From IMG/VR virus record IMGVR_UViG_3300028394_000068: 20,000 nt of DNA. One strand, 5' to 3'. Under the pieces are notes generated by a model. The model was not told the origin of the DNA and ran no database searches. It saw only the letters and a program-made list of their open reading frames with translations. Each line of letters begins with the position of its first letter. Within the stretch, counting starts at the first letter, position 1. The DNA is from an uncultured virus (IMG/VR IMGVR_UViG_3300028394_000068). Taxonomy: Duplodnaviria > Heunggongvirae > Uroviricota > Caudoviricetes. Shown here piece by piece: positions 8,899 to 18,331 of the stretch. The translations under genes were made by a program, and so were the position numbers.

Positions 8899-10662
8899 CT
8901 ATCGATATTTATTTATCATATTTAACATCTCTTCGGCAACATCACCAATGTTTTCTTCTAATTGATCACCCATTACAGTTCTGATAATTTGTTTTTTACG
9001 ATTTAAAATATCATATATTGCACCTTCTATTGTGTTTTCATATAAAGGATAATAAACCAACACATTATTTTTTTGGCCATATCTATACGCCCTATCTTCG
9101 GCCTGAGAATGTTCTGCCGGAACAAATGATAGATCATTCATAATTACAACCTCAGCAGAAGTTAAAGTTAATCCAACACCAGCGGCCTTTATGTTTCCAA
9201 CAAATACTTTAATTTTTTCATTGTATTGAAATTCGTCAACGGCTTTTTGACGATGAGGTTTAGAACAACTACCGTCTAAATAAACCGCTTGTTTACCAAA
9301 GTGTTGGTAAATCGTTTGTAAAGAATCTGTAAAGTTTGTAAATACGATTACTTTTTTTCCTTGTTCAATAATATTTTCTACAATCTCTATGGTTTGTTTT
9401 GTTTTTTCATTTGAAATAACTTTTCTAACCTTCATTAATTTTGAAAACTGAACGGTAAGTGATGATGCTTCGTCAGGATTTTTATCATACCAAGCATAAT
9501 ATTCCCCCATCAGTTCTTCATACTCTTTTGATTTTAAACGAAGATATACAGGAGAAATAATTTTATCAGGAAGATCTAACACATCTTCTTTTAACCTACG
9601 AAGAATTTGTTTTGAAGTCCTATCTCTTAATTCTTCTAAATTAGATGCCCCCGTTACGTTCCAAACTTTTCTTCTACCTGCCATAAATTGGTAACCCTGA
9701 CAATAACGAATAGCGTAAGCCATCCAATTCTGAGCAACTGGTGATTCAATAATGTTTAATAGGTTATAATAGTTCATTGGACGAGAAGTCATTGGAGTTC
9801 CCGTTAATAACCAAACTCTTTTAATATTCTTAACGAAATGATTTATGATTTTTGTTCGTTGAGCTTGGGGGTTTGAGATCATGTGAGCCTCATCTAAAAT
9901 AACAAGGTCAAAATTTGATTGGTTGAGTAATGAATTGTCTTTTTCTTTTGTGTCGTGAAAGTTTTTTAAAATATCGTAATTAACAATAACAAAATCAGAT
10001 TCAGTTGAAAATTTCTTACCTTCTGAAATATAAACAGGCCTATCTGAATAATTTTCAATTTCACGTTGCCAATTAATCTTTAATGATGCGGGGCATATAA
10101 TTAATATTTTTTTCGCTCCTGTCTCTAAAGCGGCTATGATCGTACAAGTAGTTTTTCCAAGTCCCATATCATCGGCAAGAATGAATCTTCTTGATCCTGA
10201 TAATTTTTCTATTGCCTCTTTTTGATGTTGTAGTGGGGGTCTATGACTGTATTTAGAATAATCTACCTCAACTACCTCAACATTGTGAGTTTTTATTAAT
10301 GATGATTTAGGAACCCAAAATTCTGTTAAAGGATCTTTCTCAAAGAATTTACCCCAAATATGATACGACTTTTCTTTTTCAACTAATAATTTCTCAATGT
10401 AAATTTTTTCAGGAATTTCCATCAAATATCTTTCCTCAGCAAACTTCTTTGCAAAATACGTATCAAGATCAACCCACTTACGTGCGATCTTTGGTGTTGT
10501 GTTAAAATAATTTATAATGTAGTCCGATTGAGTTCTTGTTGGATAAAACTTACCATTAGTTTTTTTTTTATTTTGTAAGTATATTATATGGTTATTCGCA
10601 CCACTATATGACTCGAGTAGTACAAGCGCTTTTTGCTCAACTAAGGAAGATAAGTTTTCCAA
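8899..10662 (-). CDS. SNF2-family (SMARCAL1/HARP-like) helicase/ATPase
   Basis: ADDMGLGKT (I), ICPASLKINW (Ia), LDEAH (II), LTGTP (III), QAEDRAYRYGQ (VI). TTG 10662 is preferred as start because the 10728 start overlaps the divergent gene. Confidence 0.9.
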   Translation of the reverse strand: MENLSSLVEQKALVLLESYSGANNHIIYLQNKKKTNGKFYPTRTQSDYIINYFNTTPKIARKWVDLDTYFAKKFAEERYLMEIPEKIYIEKLLVEKEKSYHIWGKFFEKDPLTEFWVPKSSLIKTHNVEVVEVDYSKYSHRPPLQHQKEAIEKLSGSRRFILADDMGLGKTTCTIIAALETGAKKILIICPASLKINWQREIENYSDRPVYISEGKKFSTESDFVIVNYDILKNFHDTKEKDNSLLNQSNFDLVILDEAHMISNPQAQRTKIINHFVKNIKRVWLLTGTPMTSRPMNYYNLLNIIESPVAQNWMAYAIRYCQGYQFMAGRRKVWNVTGASNLEELRDRTSKQILRRLKEDVLDLPDKIISPVYLRLKSKEYEELMGEYYAWYDKNPDEASSLTVQFSKLMKVRKVISNEKTKQTIEIVENIIEQGKKVIVFTNFTDSLQTIYQHFGKQAVYLDGSCSKPHRQKAVDEFQYNEKIKVFVGNIKAAGVGLTLTSAEVVIMNDLSFVPAEHSQAEDRAYRYGQKNNVLVYYPLYENTIEGAIYDILNRKKQIIRTVMGDQLEENIGDVAEEMLNMINKYR

Positions 10663-10722
10663 TTTTAGTCTTTTAATAAAAATACTAATAAAAAAGATAT
10701 TTATCAATAAAATAGTGTTTTT

Positions 10723-11235
10723 ATGCAAAATAATGTTCCAATTTCTAGATTAGGTAAATTTTTTGGGGATCGTGATTTTGAACTTGAAATTAGTATGGGT
10801 CAGGAGTGGTTGATAGGTGATATGAACTTTACTTGTGTTCTATATAAAATTGATAGAAACAAAATTAAAACTGACGATGTTTATGGTGAGGTTGTTGAAG
10901 ACGGTATTAAATTTTTACCTCCTGTCGAATTTAACGCACAAATTACCGTTGCCGCACCTGAAAATAAAATGATTGGAACAACAAGAATGGATCAGTTTGA
11001 ACCAGGAAACATAACAATTTCCGTTTATTTAAAAACTTTAAATAATTTGGGAATTGATGTAGATTTTGGTGATTATGTCGGATATTATGATAGTGAAAAT
11101 TTTGTTAGATATTATACGGTTGTTAACGATGGTCGTGTAATTTCAGATACAAAACACACATATAAAGGGTTTAAACCATTTTTTAGGACAATAATTGCCG
11201 CACCTGTTGGTCCGAACGAATTTAAAGGATTATAA
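10723..11235 (+). CDS. Putative neck / head-closure protein (gp14-like)
   Basis: DDVYGE...KFLPPVE motif resembles the gp14-type D.vyGE motif. First gene of the tail block. Assignment is mostly contextual. Confidence 0.5.
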   Translation: MQNNVPISRLGKFFGDRDFELEISMGQEWLIGDMNFTCVLYKIDRNKIKTDDVYGEVVEDGIKFLPPVEFNAQITVAAPENKMIGTTRMDQFEPGNITISVYLKTLNNLGIDVDFGDYVGYYDSENFVRYYTVVNDGRVISDTKHTYKGFKPFFRTIIAAPVGPNEFKGL

Positions 11236-11261
11236 TATAATTAAAAGTAATAAAATTAATA

Positions 11262-12302
11262 ATGGGAATACCAAAGAAATCAGTTAAACCATCCATACCT
11301 TTAAACTACCCTAAAACTCTTTTACCAAGAAGAGAAGAAATTAAAGATATGATTACTAAAGATGGAACTTACCTTCCTAAATCATTACTACACGCAGATT
11401 TAGATCGTGGATTTTTAGATTTTGTAAAAGAAAAATTCAACATAGTTTCGGAAGGTAAAAAAATTCCTGTTGTAGATATTTTAATTACAACCCAAAATTG
11501 GTCTCAGTTTGTTGAAACTTGGGATTTTCAAAATATAGATAAAAACATTGAACCTCCATTTATAACTGTTATTAGAAACCCCGAAGTTAAGTATGGAAAT
11601 AACCCTGCGGTTATGTATAACATTCCAAATAGAAAAATGTATTATTATATGGAAGTACCAACATGGGATGGAAATAGGAAAGGGGCCGACATATACAAAA
11701 TTCCACAACCAGTTCCGGCGGATTTTAAATATACTGTTGCAATTATATGTAATAGAATGAGGGATCTTAACACTTTAAATCAAAGAGTTCTTGAAACATT
11801 TGCCTCAAAACAGGCTTACCAAGTAATTAATGGACATTATATTCCAATAATAAATGATTCATTTGCCGACGAGTCTGTTATGGATTTAGAGAAAAGAAAA
11901 TATTATATACAGAAGTATGAGTTCACAATGATGGGATTCTTAATAGATGAAGAACAGTTTGAAGTTTTTCCTGCAATCTCTAGAACCTTTCAGGTAATTG
12001 AAACTGACCAAAGAAATATAAAAAGGAAACAAAAAAAACAAACCCCAATAGAGTTTGAAGTGATTACATTACAATATTTAAATAATGTCACAACGCAAGA
12101 ACACTATTTTGAATATACTTGTAATTTACTTTTTGAACGATCTGTTAATATAGAAGAATTTTCTGTCTACATAAATGAACAATATTATGGTGATAATGTC
12201 GAAACAATTCAAATTAACACAAATGATATGTTAAGGATTGATATAATATCTAGTGGTGGACCTGAGGATACTTATCTTTCGTTTACTCAAAGATTAGTTT
12301 AA
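11262..12302 (+). CDS. Putative tail terminator / sheath-stabiliser protein (gp15-like)
   Basis: PQPVPADFKYTVAIICNRMRDLNTLNQRVL resembles gp15-type PVPxxxxYxLxI. Immediately upstream of the sheath gene. Confidence 0.5.
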   Translation: MGIPKKSVKPSIPLNYPKTLLPRREEIKDMITKDGTYLPKSLLHADLDRGFLDFVKEKFNIVSEGKKIPVVDILITTQNWSQFVETWDFQNIDKNIEPPFITVIRNPEVKYGNNPAVMYNIPNRKMYYYMEVPTWDGNRKGADIYKIPQPVPADFKYTVAIICNRMRDLNTLNQRVLETFASKQAYQVINGHYIPIINDSFADESVMDLEKRKYYIQKYEFTMMGFLIDEEQFEVFPAISRTFQVIETDQRNIKRKQKKQTPIEFEVITLQYLNNVTTQEHYFEYTCNLLFERSVNIEEFSVYINEQYYGDNVETIQINTNDMLRIDIISSGGPEDTYLSFTQRLV

Positions 12303-12463
12303 TTTTCACCATATATATCTTTTTTATCTTTACATTTTTCAATAATTAATGACTCCAAAAATTTATATATTTTAAGTCCTCGTTTATCGCAATATTTTTT
12401 TAGGACTTCGTGAACTTCGGAGTCAATCTTTAGGTTTTTTATCTTCTTGTTATCATTAGTCAT
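12299..12463 (-). CDS. Ribbon-helix-helix (Arc/CopG/MetJ-like) DNA-binding protein, 54 aa, absent from the ORF track
   Basis: Own translation: MTNDNKKIKNLKIDSEVHEVLKKYCDKRGLKIYKFLESLIIEKCKDKKDIYGEN*. Alternating beta strand (KNLKID), helix, Gly turn (KRG), helix. Confidence 0.75.
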   Translation of the reverse strand: MTNDNKKIKNLKIDSEVHEVLKKYCDKRGLKIYKFLESLIIEKCKDKKDIYGEN

Positions 12464-12465
12464 AT

Positions 12466-12484
12466 AGGCAGAAAAAAGGCAGAA
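12466..12484. repeat. Direct repeat AGGCAGAA x2 with 11-bp period; candidate RHH operator
   Basis: Copies at 12466-12473 and 12477-12484, 2 nt upstream of the RHH start codon. Confidence 0.5.
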
Positions 12485-12500
12485 TAAAATCTTACCAAAA

Positions 12501-12552
12501 TATAAATACTTTTAGTAATGTAAAGTTTTTAGTATTTTACAAAGTATTTATA
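12501..12552. promoter_or_regulatory. Back-to-back divergent promoter-like motifs forming a perfect 12-bp inverted repeat
   Basis: TATAAATACTTT (12501-12512) and AAAGTATTTATA (12541-12552). Each presents AAAGTATTTATA toward its own gene (RHH on -, sheath on +). Confidence 0.55.
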
Positions 12553-12582
12553 GAAATAAATAACTAAAAAAAAATATTTAAC

Positions 12583-15500
12583 ATGGCAACTAATAGTAAA
12601 GTTTTTGTTTCACCAGGTGTTTATACCTCAGAAGTTGATTTAAGTTTTGTGGCACAAAGTGTCGGAGTAACAACTTTGGGTATCGTGGGAGAAACGTTAA
12701 TTGGTCCAGCATTTGAACCAATTTTTATCACAAATTTTAACGAATTCCAAACGGTCTTCGGTGGAACATCACCAGAAAAATTTATAAACACACAAATCCC
12801 TAAATATGAGGCGTCTTATATCGCCAAAGCATATTTACAACAATCAAACCAACTATTTGTAACAAGAATATTAGGTTTATCGGGATATGATGCGGGTCCG
12901 TCTTGGTCTGTAACAACTGTTGCAAATGTTGATCCGTCAACAATTGATGTTTGGTGTTTAAGTTCTGTTACTTTGACAGCAACTTGTGAAACAGTATGTG
13001 TATTACCAAAACAAGAAATCTTTTCAATTCCGTTTACCGGATGTAATAATGATATCTCAACAATATCATATCTTTCTTCATTCCCTGAAGAAATTCAATC
13101 TATATTATATCAACAATATGAACAATTTAATGGAGGAACATCAACATTAGATGATGATATTAATAGTTTAATTTTTGACGTAATTACAAGTTCAAACCCA
13201 TATACTGCAGAAGATAGGTTTATTTCTTATTTTGGTTCAATTGCAACTAATGATTATAACACTTTAACTAACGCTGGTTGGTCAGCGTCTACAAATGTAT
13301 TTGGGGTTCCGTCTGTTTCGGTTGACGACACAAATCTTGAATCTCCACTTAACGACTCTTGGTATTATGCATTATTTAATACAACCGGAAATACAAACTA
13401 TAGTGGATTTTCATTTTCCGCATTTGTTTCTGGTTTAACATTAAATCCGGTAACTACAACGACCACAATTTTACCAACAACTACAACTACAACAACTAGT
13501 CCTTGTGTAACCCCTGTTCCAACAACATCAACCACTACAACAACGACTTTACCATTAAACTGTTATACAGGTAATTTAATATTAAAACTTTATTATTATA
13601 CCGGTACCTCATTCTCAAATTACGACAACATTGTTGTTGGTACACTAAGATCAAGAGGTATTGCAACATATTCAACATCAGAAAATCCGGCTTATTCTGT
13701 AACAGGAACTTCAGAGGTTACTTTAAATATGACAGGTCAATACTCTAACGTTCTTAAGAATCCATACGCAACTTTTGGTGTGAATGTTGTTGACAAATTC
13801 GGAACACTTTATTTCTTTGAAACTTCTTTCACTCAAAATGATCCGGAATATTGGAGTAAAGTTTTTGGTGTAACTAATTTTCAAAAACCAAGAATTGAGG
13901 TTCCAGTTTTTGCTGAAGAAAATTTCCAATCATGGTTAAACTTTGCGTGGAGAAAAGGATATATAAAAGGTTTAAATCCTAATTTAATTGCTCTTGATTC
14001 TGCTCAAAGTGGTGATCCTAACTCAATTGGTTGGTATTTGGATAAATGGCAAACACCATATTCGCCATTTGTTGTTTCTGAATTAAGAGGTAATAAAGTT
14101 TATGACTTATTTAGATTTTACACTATATCCGATGGTGATGCGGCAAACACTCTTATTAAAGTTTCAATTACTAATCAAACATTTAATAATTTAACATTTG
14201 ATATATTAATTCGTGATTATTTTGACACTGATGCGAATCCTGTTGTTTTAGAAAAGTTTACAAACTGTGCAATGGATCCAGGACAAAATAACTATGTTGC
14301 AAATAAGGTTGGTACTTTAGATGGCGAATACGCACTAAATTCAAAATATGTTATGGTTGAAATGTCTGAAGACGCACCAATTGATGCTCTTCCTTGTGGA
14401 TTTAACGGGTTTAATTTTAGAAACTACGCAGGAGCACAGTCACCATTCCCGATAATTAAAGGTAAGTATGATTTCCCTGGTGAAGTTATTTATAATCCTC
14501 CATTTGGTTTATCTTCAGGAAACGACGATGCTTTGGTTAGTTCAGGTGATAACGTTAGAAGAACTTACTTAGGTATTTCTAATTCTTATGGTTGGGATCC
14601 TGCATTCTTTGAATATTATGGTAAAAGAAACCCTATTAACTCTTGTGATATTGAGGGATTACCTTTTAATTACAGATCGGCTGGTTTCCACATGGACGTA
14701 AATGCTAACTCACTTACAATAGGACCCGAGTTTTCAACAAGTGGCGACACAAGATTTATTTGTGGTAACTCACCATTTATAACAGATCCTGAATTACCAA
14801 CAAACGCTTATTATAGATTATTCGCTCGTAAATTCACATTCTTATTTCAAGGTGGTTTTGACGGATGGGACATCTATAGGGAATATAGAACTAACGAAGA
14901 TAGATTCCAAATTGGTAGAGCTGGATTTTTAAGGGGAGCGTGTCCAACATCAAGATATCCTAATGCATCAGGATGGGGAGCATTTAAAGAAATTTCTCTT
15001 GGAGATGGAACTCAAAATTTTGCAAATACCGACTACTACGCATACTTGTTGGGTCAACAAACATTTGCTAATCCAGAATCAACTAATATTAATGTATTTG
15101 TAACACCTGGTATTGATTATGTTAATAACAGTAATTTGGTTGAAGATGCTGTTCAGATGATTGAATTCAATAGAGCTGACTCTTTGTATATTACAACAAC
15201 ACCTGACTACGATCTTTACTTACCAACAACTACTGGTGGGGATGGATTAATTTATCCAACTGAGGCGGTAGATAATTTAGATAACACAGGAATTGACTCT
15301 AACTATACTGCAACTTACTATCCGTGGGTATTGACAAGAGACAGCGTAAACAACACACAAATTTATATTCCACCAACAGCTGAAGTTACAAAAAACTTGG
15401 CATTAACTGACAACATTGCATTCCCTTGGTTCGCAGCGGCAGGTTACACTCGTGGTATAGTAAATTGTATTAAAGCACGTAAGAAGTTAACTCAAGAAGA

Positions 15501-15918
15501 TAGAGACATTCTTTATAACGGAAGAATTAACCCAATTGCAACCTTCTCAGATGTAGGAACCGTAATTTGGGGTAATAAAACTCTACAAGTTAGAGAGTCT
15601 GCTCTTGACAGAATTAACGTTAGAAGATTGTTATTACAAGCTCGTAAATTGATTTCAGCGGTATCCGTGAGGTTATTGTTTGAACAAAACGATGCACAAG
15701 TAAGACAAGACTTCTTAAATGCGGTGAATCCAATCTTAGATGCGATTAGAAGAGACAGAGGTCTTTATGACTTTAGAGTAACAGTTTCTAGTGATCCTGA
15801 AGATTTAGATAGAAACCAAATGACCGGTAAGATTTACATTAAGCCAACTAGAGCTTTAGAATTTATAGATATAACCTTCTACATTACTCCAACCGGAGCA
15901 TCGTTTGAGAATATATAA
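12583..15918 (+). CDS. Contractile tail sheath protein (T4 gp18-like) with large insertions
   Basis: N-terminal SPGVYTSEVDLS. C-terminal PWFAAAGYTRG, INPIATFSDVGTVIWGNKTL, RINVRRLL, LFEQND and IYIKPTRALEFIDITF. Confidence 0.95.
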   Translation: MATNSKVFVSPGVYTSEVDLSFVAQSVGVTTLGIVGETLIGPAFEPIFITNFNEFQTVFGGTSPEKFINTQIPKYEASYIAKAYLQQSNQLFVTRILGLSGYDAGPSWSVTTVANVDPSTIDVWCLSSVTLTATCETVCVLPKQEIFSIPFTGCNNDISTISYLSSFPEEIQSILYQQYEQFNGGTSTLDDDINSLIFDVITSSNPYTAEDRFISYFGSIATNDYNTLTNAGWSASTNVFGVPSVSVDDTNLESPLNDSWYYALFNTTGNTNYSGFSFSAFVSGLTLNPVTTTTTILPTTTTTTTSPCVTPVPTTSTTTTTTLPLNCYTGNLILKLYYYTGTSFSNYDNIVVGTLRSRGIATYSTSENPAYSVTGTSEVTLNMTGQYSNVLKNPYATFGVNVVDKFGTLYFFETSFTQNDPEYWSKVFGVTNFQKPRIEVPVFAEENFQSWLNFAWRKGYIKGLNPNLIALDSAQSGDPNSIGWYLDKWQTPYSPFVVSELRGNKVYDLFRFYTISDGDAANTLIKVSITNQTFNNLTFDILIRDYFDTDANPVVLEKFTNCAMDPGQNNYVANKVGTLDGEYALNSKYVMVEMSEDAPIDALPCGFNGFNFRNYAGAQSPFPIIKGKYDFPGEVIYNPPFGLSSGNDDALVSSGDNVRRTYLGISNSYGWDPAFFEYYGKRNPINSCDIEGLPFNYRSAGFHMDVNANSLTIGPEFSTSGDTRFICGNSPFITDPELPTNAYYRLFARKFTFLFQGGFDGWDIYREYRTNEDRFQIGRAGFLRGACPTSRYPNASGWGAFKEISLGDGTQNFANTDYYAYLLGQQTFANPESTNINVFVTPGIDYVNNSNLVEDAVQMIEFNRADSLYITTTPDYDLYLPTTTGGDGLIYPTEAVDNLDNTGIDSNYTATYYPWVLTRDSVNNTQIYIPPTAEVTKNLALTDNIAFPWFAAAGYTRGIVNCIKARKKLTQEDRDILYNGRINPIATFSDVGTVIWGNKTLQVRESALDRINVRRLLLQARKLISAVSVRLLFEQNDAQVRQDFLNAVNPILDAIRRDRGLYDFRVTVSSDPEDLDRNQMTGKIYIKPTRALEFIDITFYITPTGASFENI

Positions 15919-15944
15919 ATCGGTTTAAAATACAAACACAAAAG

Positions 15945-15972
15945 AAAGGGGTATCGAAAGTTCCCCTTTTTT
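15945..15972 (+). terminator. Probable intrinsic terminator after the sheath gene
   Basis: AAAGGGG...GAAA...CCCCTTT stem-loop followed by a T-tract. Confidence 0.7.
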
Positions 15973-15994
15973 GTTAAACAAACTATTTATTATT

Positions 15995-16825
15995 ATGAAT
16001 TATAAAAATACGGTAAGAGAAATCATTAGTGAGATTATTCACGATCAGATGACCCCTACTATGAAGTATTATGCTTTTGACTGGGATGACAATCTAATGT
16101 ATATGCCAACCAAAATATATTTAAAGGATGATAAGGGAAATTCTGTTGGTATGTCTACCGAAGATTTTGCAGAATATAGAACTAAGATTGGTGAAAAACC
16201 TTTTAAATATGAAGGACATACTATAGTTGACTTTGATGAGAATTCTTTTAAGAACTTCAGAGTTCCTGGAGATAAGTTATTTATGAAAGATTCTATGACG
16301 GCTGAAACAGGTCCTGCTTGGTCTGATTTTGTTGAGGCGGTTAATAACGGGTCAATTTTTGCAATCGTTACTGCAAGGGGACACACCCCATCGGTGATAA
16401 GAAATTCCATTTATAATTTAATAAAACAAAACAAAAACGGAATATCTTCAAGTGAGTTAGTTAAAAATCTTAAAAAATATAGAGAATTATCAGATGAGGA
16501 TGATTTATCCAATGATGAACTAATAAAAACATATTTGGATATGTGTAAATATTATCCTGTAACTTTTGGTGAGGGATCAGCTGCGAATCCAGAAAAATTA
16601 AAAGTTAAATATATGAAAGAATTTATGACATATGTTAAACAAATGTCCCAACAACTACAAGAGAAAGCTTTTATGAAGAATAAAATAAGTAATTATTTTA
16701 ACCCTTTTATTGGTTTTTCAGATGACGACATAAGAAATGTGAATACAATGAGAAAAAATTTTCCAAATAAAGATGAATTAAAGATTTATGCTACATCTAA
16801 AAAAGGAAAAGAAGAATATGAATAA
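15995..16825 (+). CDS. HAD-superfamily phosphatase-like protein
   Basis: Motif I AFDWDDNL, motif II IVTARG, Lys in PEKLK, motif IV GFSDDD. ATG 15995 is preferred over TTG 15971, which lies in the terminator T-tract. Confidence 0.75.
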   Translation: MNYKNTVREIISEIIHDQMTPTMKYYAFDWDDNLMYMPTKIYLKDDKGNSVGMSTEDFAEYRTKIGEKPFKYEGHTIVDFDENSFKNFRVPGDKLFMKDSMTAETGPAWSDFVEAVNNGSIFAIVTARGHTPSVIRNSIYNLIKQNKNGISSSELVKNLKKYRELSDEDDLSNDELIKTYLDMCKYYPVTFGEGSAANPEKLKVKYMKEFMTYVKQMSQQLQEKAFMKNKISNYFNPFIGFSDDDIRNVNTMRKNFPNKDELKIYATSKKGKEEYE

Positions 16826-16942
16826 TAATTAATAACTGGATCTAGTAATAAGATATTTTAAAAAAAAGTGGAAGTAAATAGAAAAAAAAATTATTGCATG
16901 TATTTATAATAAAAAATAAACAAAAAAATAAAAAAACAAATT

Positions 16943-17431
16943 ATGGCTGATTTACTAATGAAAATGCCGATACCCTACGAACCGAAAAGGGAAAACCGAT
17001 GGATCTTAAGATTTCCTTCGTCACTTGGTATAAATGAGTGGTATGTAGAGTCTACAGCAAGACCTTCTCTTACTATTGCGGCAACTGAAATTCCATTTTT
17101 AAATACATCTACATACGTGGCCGGTAAGTTTACTTGGGGAGAATTGGCGGTAACATTTAGAGACCCTATTGGACCATCAGCATCACAGGCATTAATGGAG
17201 TGGATTCGTTTATGTGCTGAATCTGTAACAGGAAGAATGGGATATGCTGCTGGTTACAAAAAAAATGTTGACCTTGAGATGTTAGACCCAACCGGAGTTG
17301 TTGTTGAAAAATGGATTTTAGAAGGAGCTTTTTTAACAAAATATGATGGTGGACAATTAACATACACTAGTGATGGTTTAGCTAAAGTAACGAGTTCTAT
17401 GAGAATGGATCGTTGCATATTAGTATATTAA
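16943..17431 (+). CDS. Tail tube protein (T4 gp19-like)
   Basis: 162 aa. EPKRENRW, YVAGKFTWGELAVTFRD, YKKNVDLEMLDPTG..VEKWILEGAF. Downstream of the sheath gene. Confidence 0.88.
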   Translation: MADLLMKMPIPYEPKRENRWILRFPSSLGINEWYVESTARPSLTIAATEIPFLNTSTYVAGKFTWGELAVTFRDPIGPSASQALMEWIRLCAESVTGRMGYAAGYKKNVDLEMLDPTGVVVEKWILEGAFLTKYDGGQLTYTSDGLAKVTSSMRMDRCILVY

Positions 17432-17453
17432 TTTTTTAATAAACAATATTATT

Positions 17454-17490
17454 AATTCCTATATGTTTTTATGTATAGGAATTTTTTTTT
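17454..17490 (+). terminator. Probable intrinsic terminator after the tail tube gene
   Basis: Perfect 10-bp stem AATTCCTATA/TATAGGAATT running into a T-tract. Confidence 0.7.
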
Positions 17491-17560
17491 GTAAACGTTA
17501 TGTAATTGTTTTAATCTTTACAAAAAAACATATGTTAATTATGTTTAAATTAAAAAAAAT

Positions 17561-18331
17561 ATGGAACAAGATGTTTACGCGGCAGGACAAGCCGATTTCA
17601 ATTTACCACACGATGTTATAACACTACCTTCTGGAGGGATCTTTTATAAATCTAAAAAGAAAACCATTAAAGTTGGTTATTTAACTGCGTTTGATGAAAA
17701 CATAATTGCCGAAGCGGACTTTAAAAAAAGTATTCAAGAAAGTATAGTTCTTCCTTTGCTTAGGAATAAAATTTATGAAAAAGATTTAAGACCTGAAGAA
17801 TTAGTTGACGGAGACGTTGAAGCAATACTTTTATTTTTAAGAAACACGTCCTTTGGTCCCGAATACCCAATAACAGTAAATGATCCAAATACAGATAAAA
17901 AATTCACATCAACAATTTTGTTGGACGAATTAAATATTAAAAAAACAAAAAATACACCAAATGAGGAAGGTTTGTTTGAAACAACTCTTCCTGTGTCTAA
18001 AAAACAAGTTAAATTAAAGATTTTAAATATCTCTGACAAAATTGAAATAGAAAGAATTTTAAAATCATATCCTACTGATAGAACAGCACCATCGATAACA
18101 ACAAAATTATCTTTAATTATTGTATCTCTTGATGGTAATACAGACAAGGGACATATCGCAACATTTATTCAACAAATGCCAATTGCCGATTCTAAATATA
18201 TTAGAAGATTTATTGCCGAAAATGAACCAAGATTAGACTTATCAAAAGAAATTATCGCCCCGTCTGGAGAAAAAGTAATGATCGACATTACTTTTGGGGT
18301 GGAATTTTTTCGGCCTTTCATATCAGTATAA
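17561..18331 (+). CDS. T4 gp26-like baseplate hub / tail assembly chaperone
   Basis: ITLPSGGIFY, LTAFDENII, DVEAILLFLRNTSFG, a second TLPVS repeat, and C-terminal FGVEFFRP. Lies between the tube and tape measure genes. Confidence 0.7.
   Translation: MEQDVYAAGQADFNLPHDVITLPSGGIFYKSKKKTIKVGYLTAFDENIIAEADFKKSIQESIVLPLLRNKIYEKDLRPEELVDGDVEAILLFLRNTSFGPEYPITVNDPNTDKKFTSTILLDELNIKKTKNTPNEEGLFETTLPVSKKQVKLKILNISDKIEIERILKSYPTDRTAPSITTKLSLIIVSLDGNTDKGHIATFIQQMPIADSKYIRRFIAENEPRLDLSKEIIAPSGEKVMIDITFGVEFFRPFISV

Noticed and set aside
10663..10728. N-terminal extension of the helicase (MHKNTILLINIFFISIF) as a signal or membrane segment
   Set aside because: It is a translation of the AT-rich divergent spacer and overlaps the opposite gene's start. 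TTG 10662 is more plausible.
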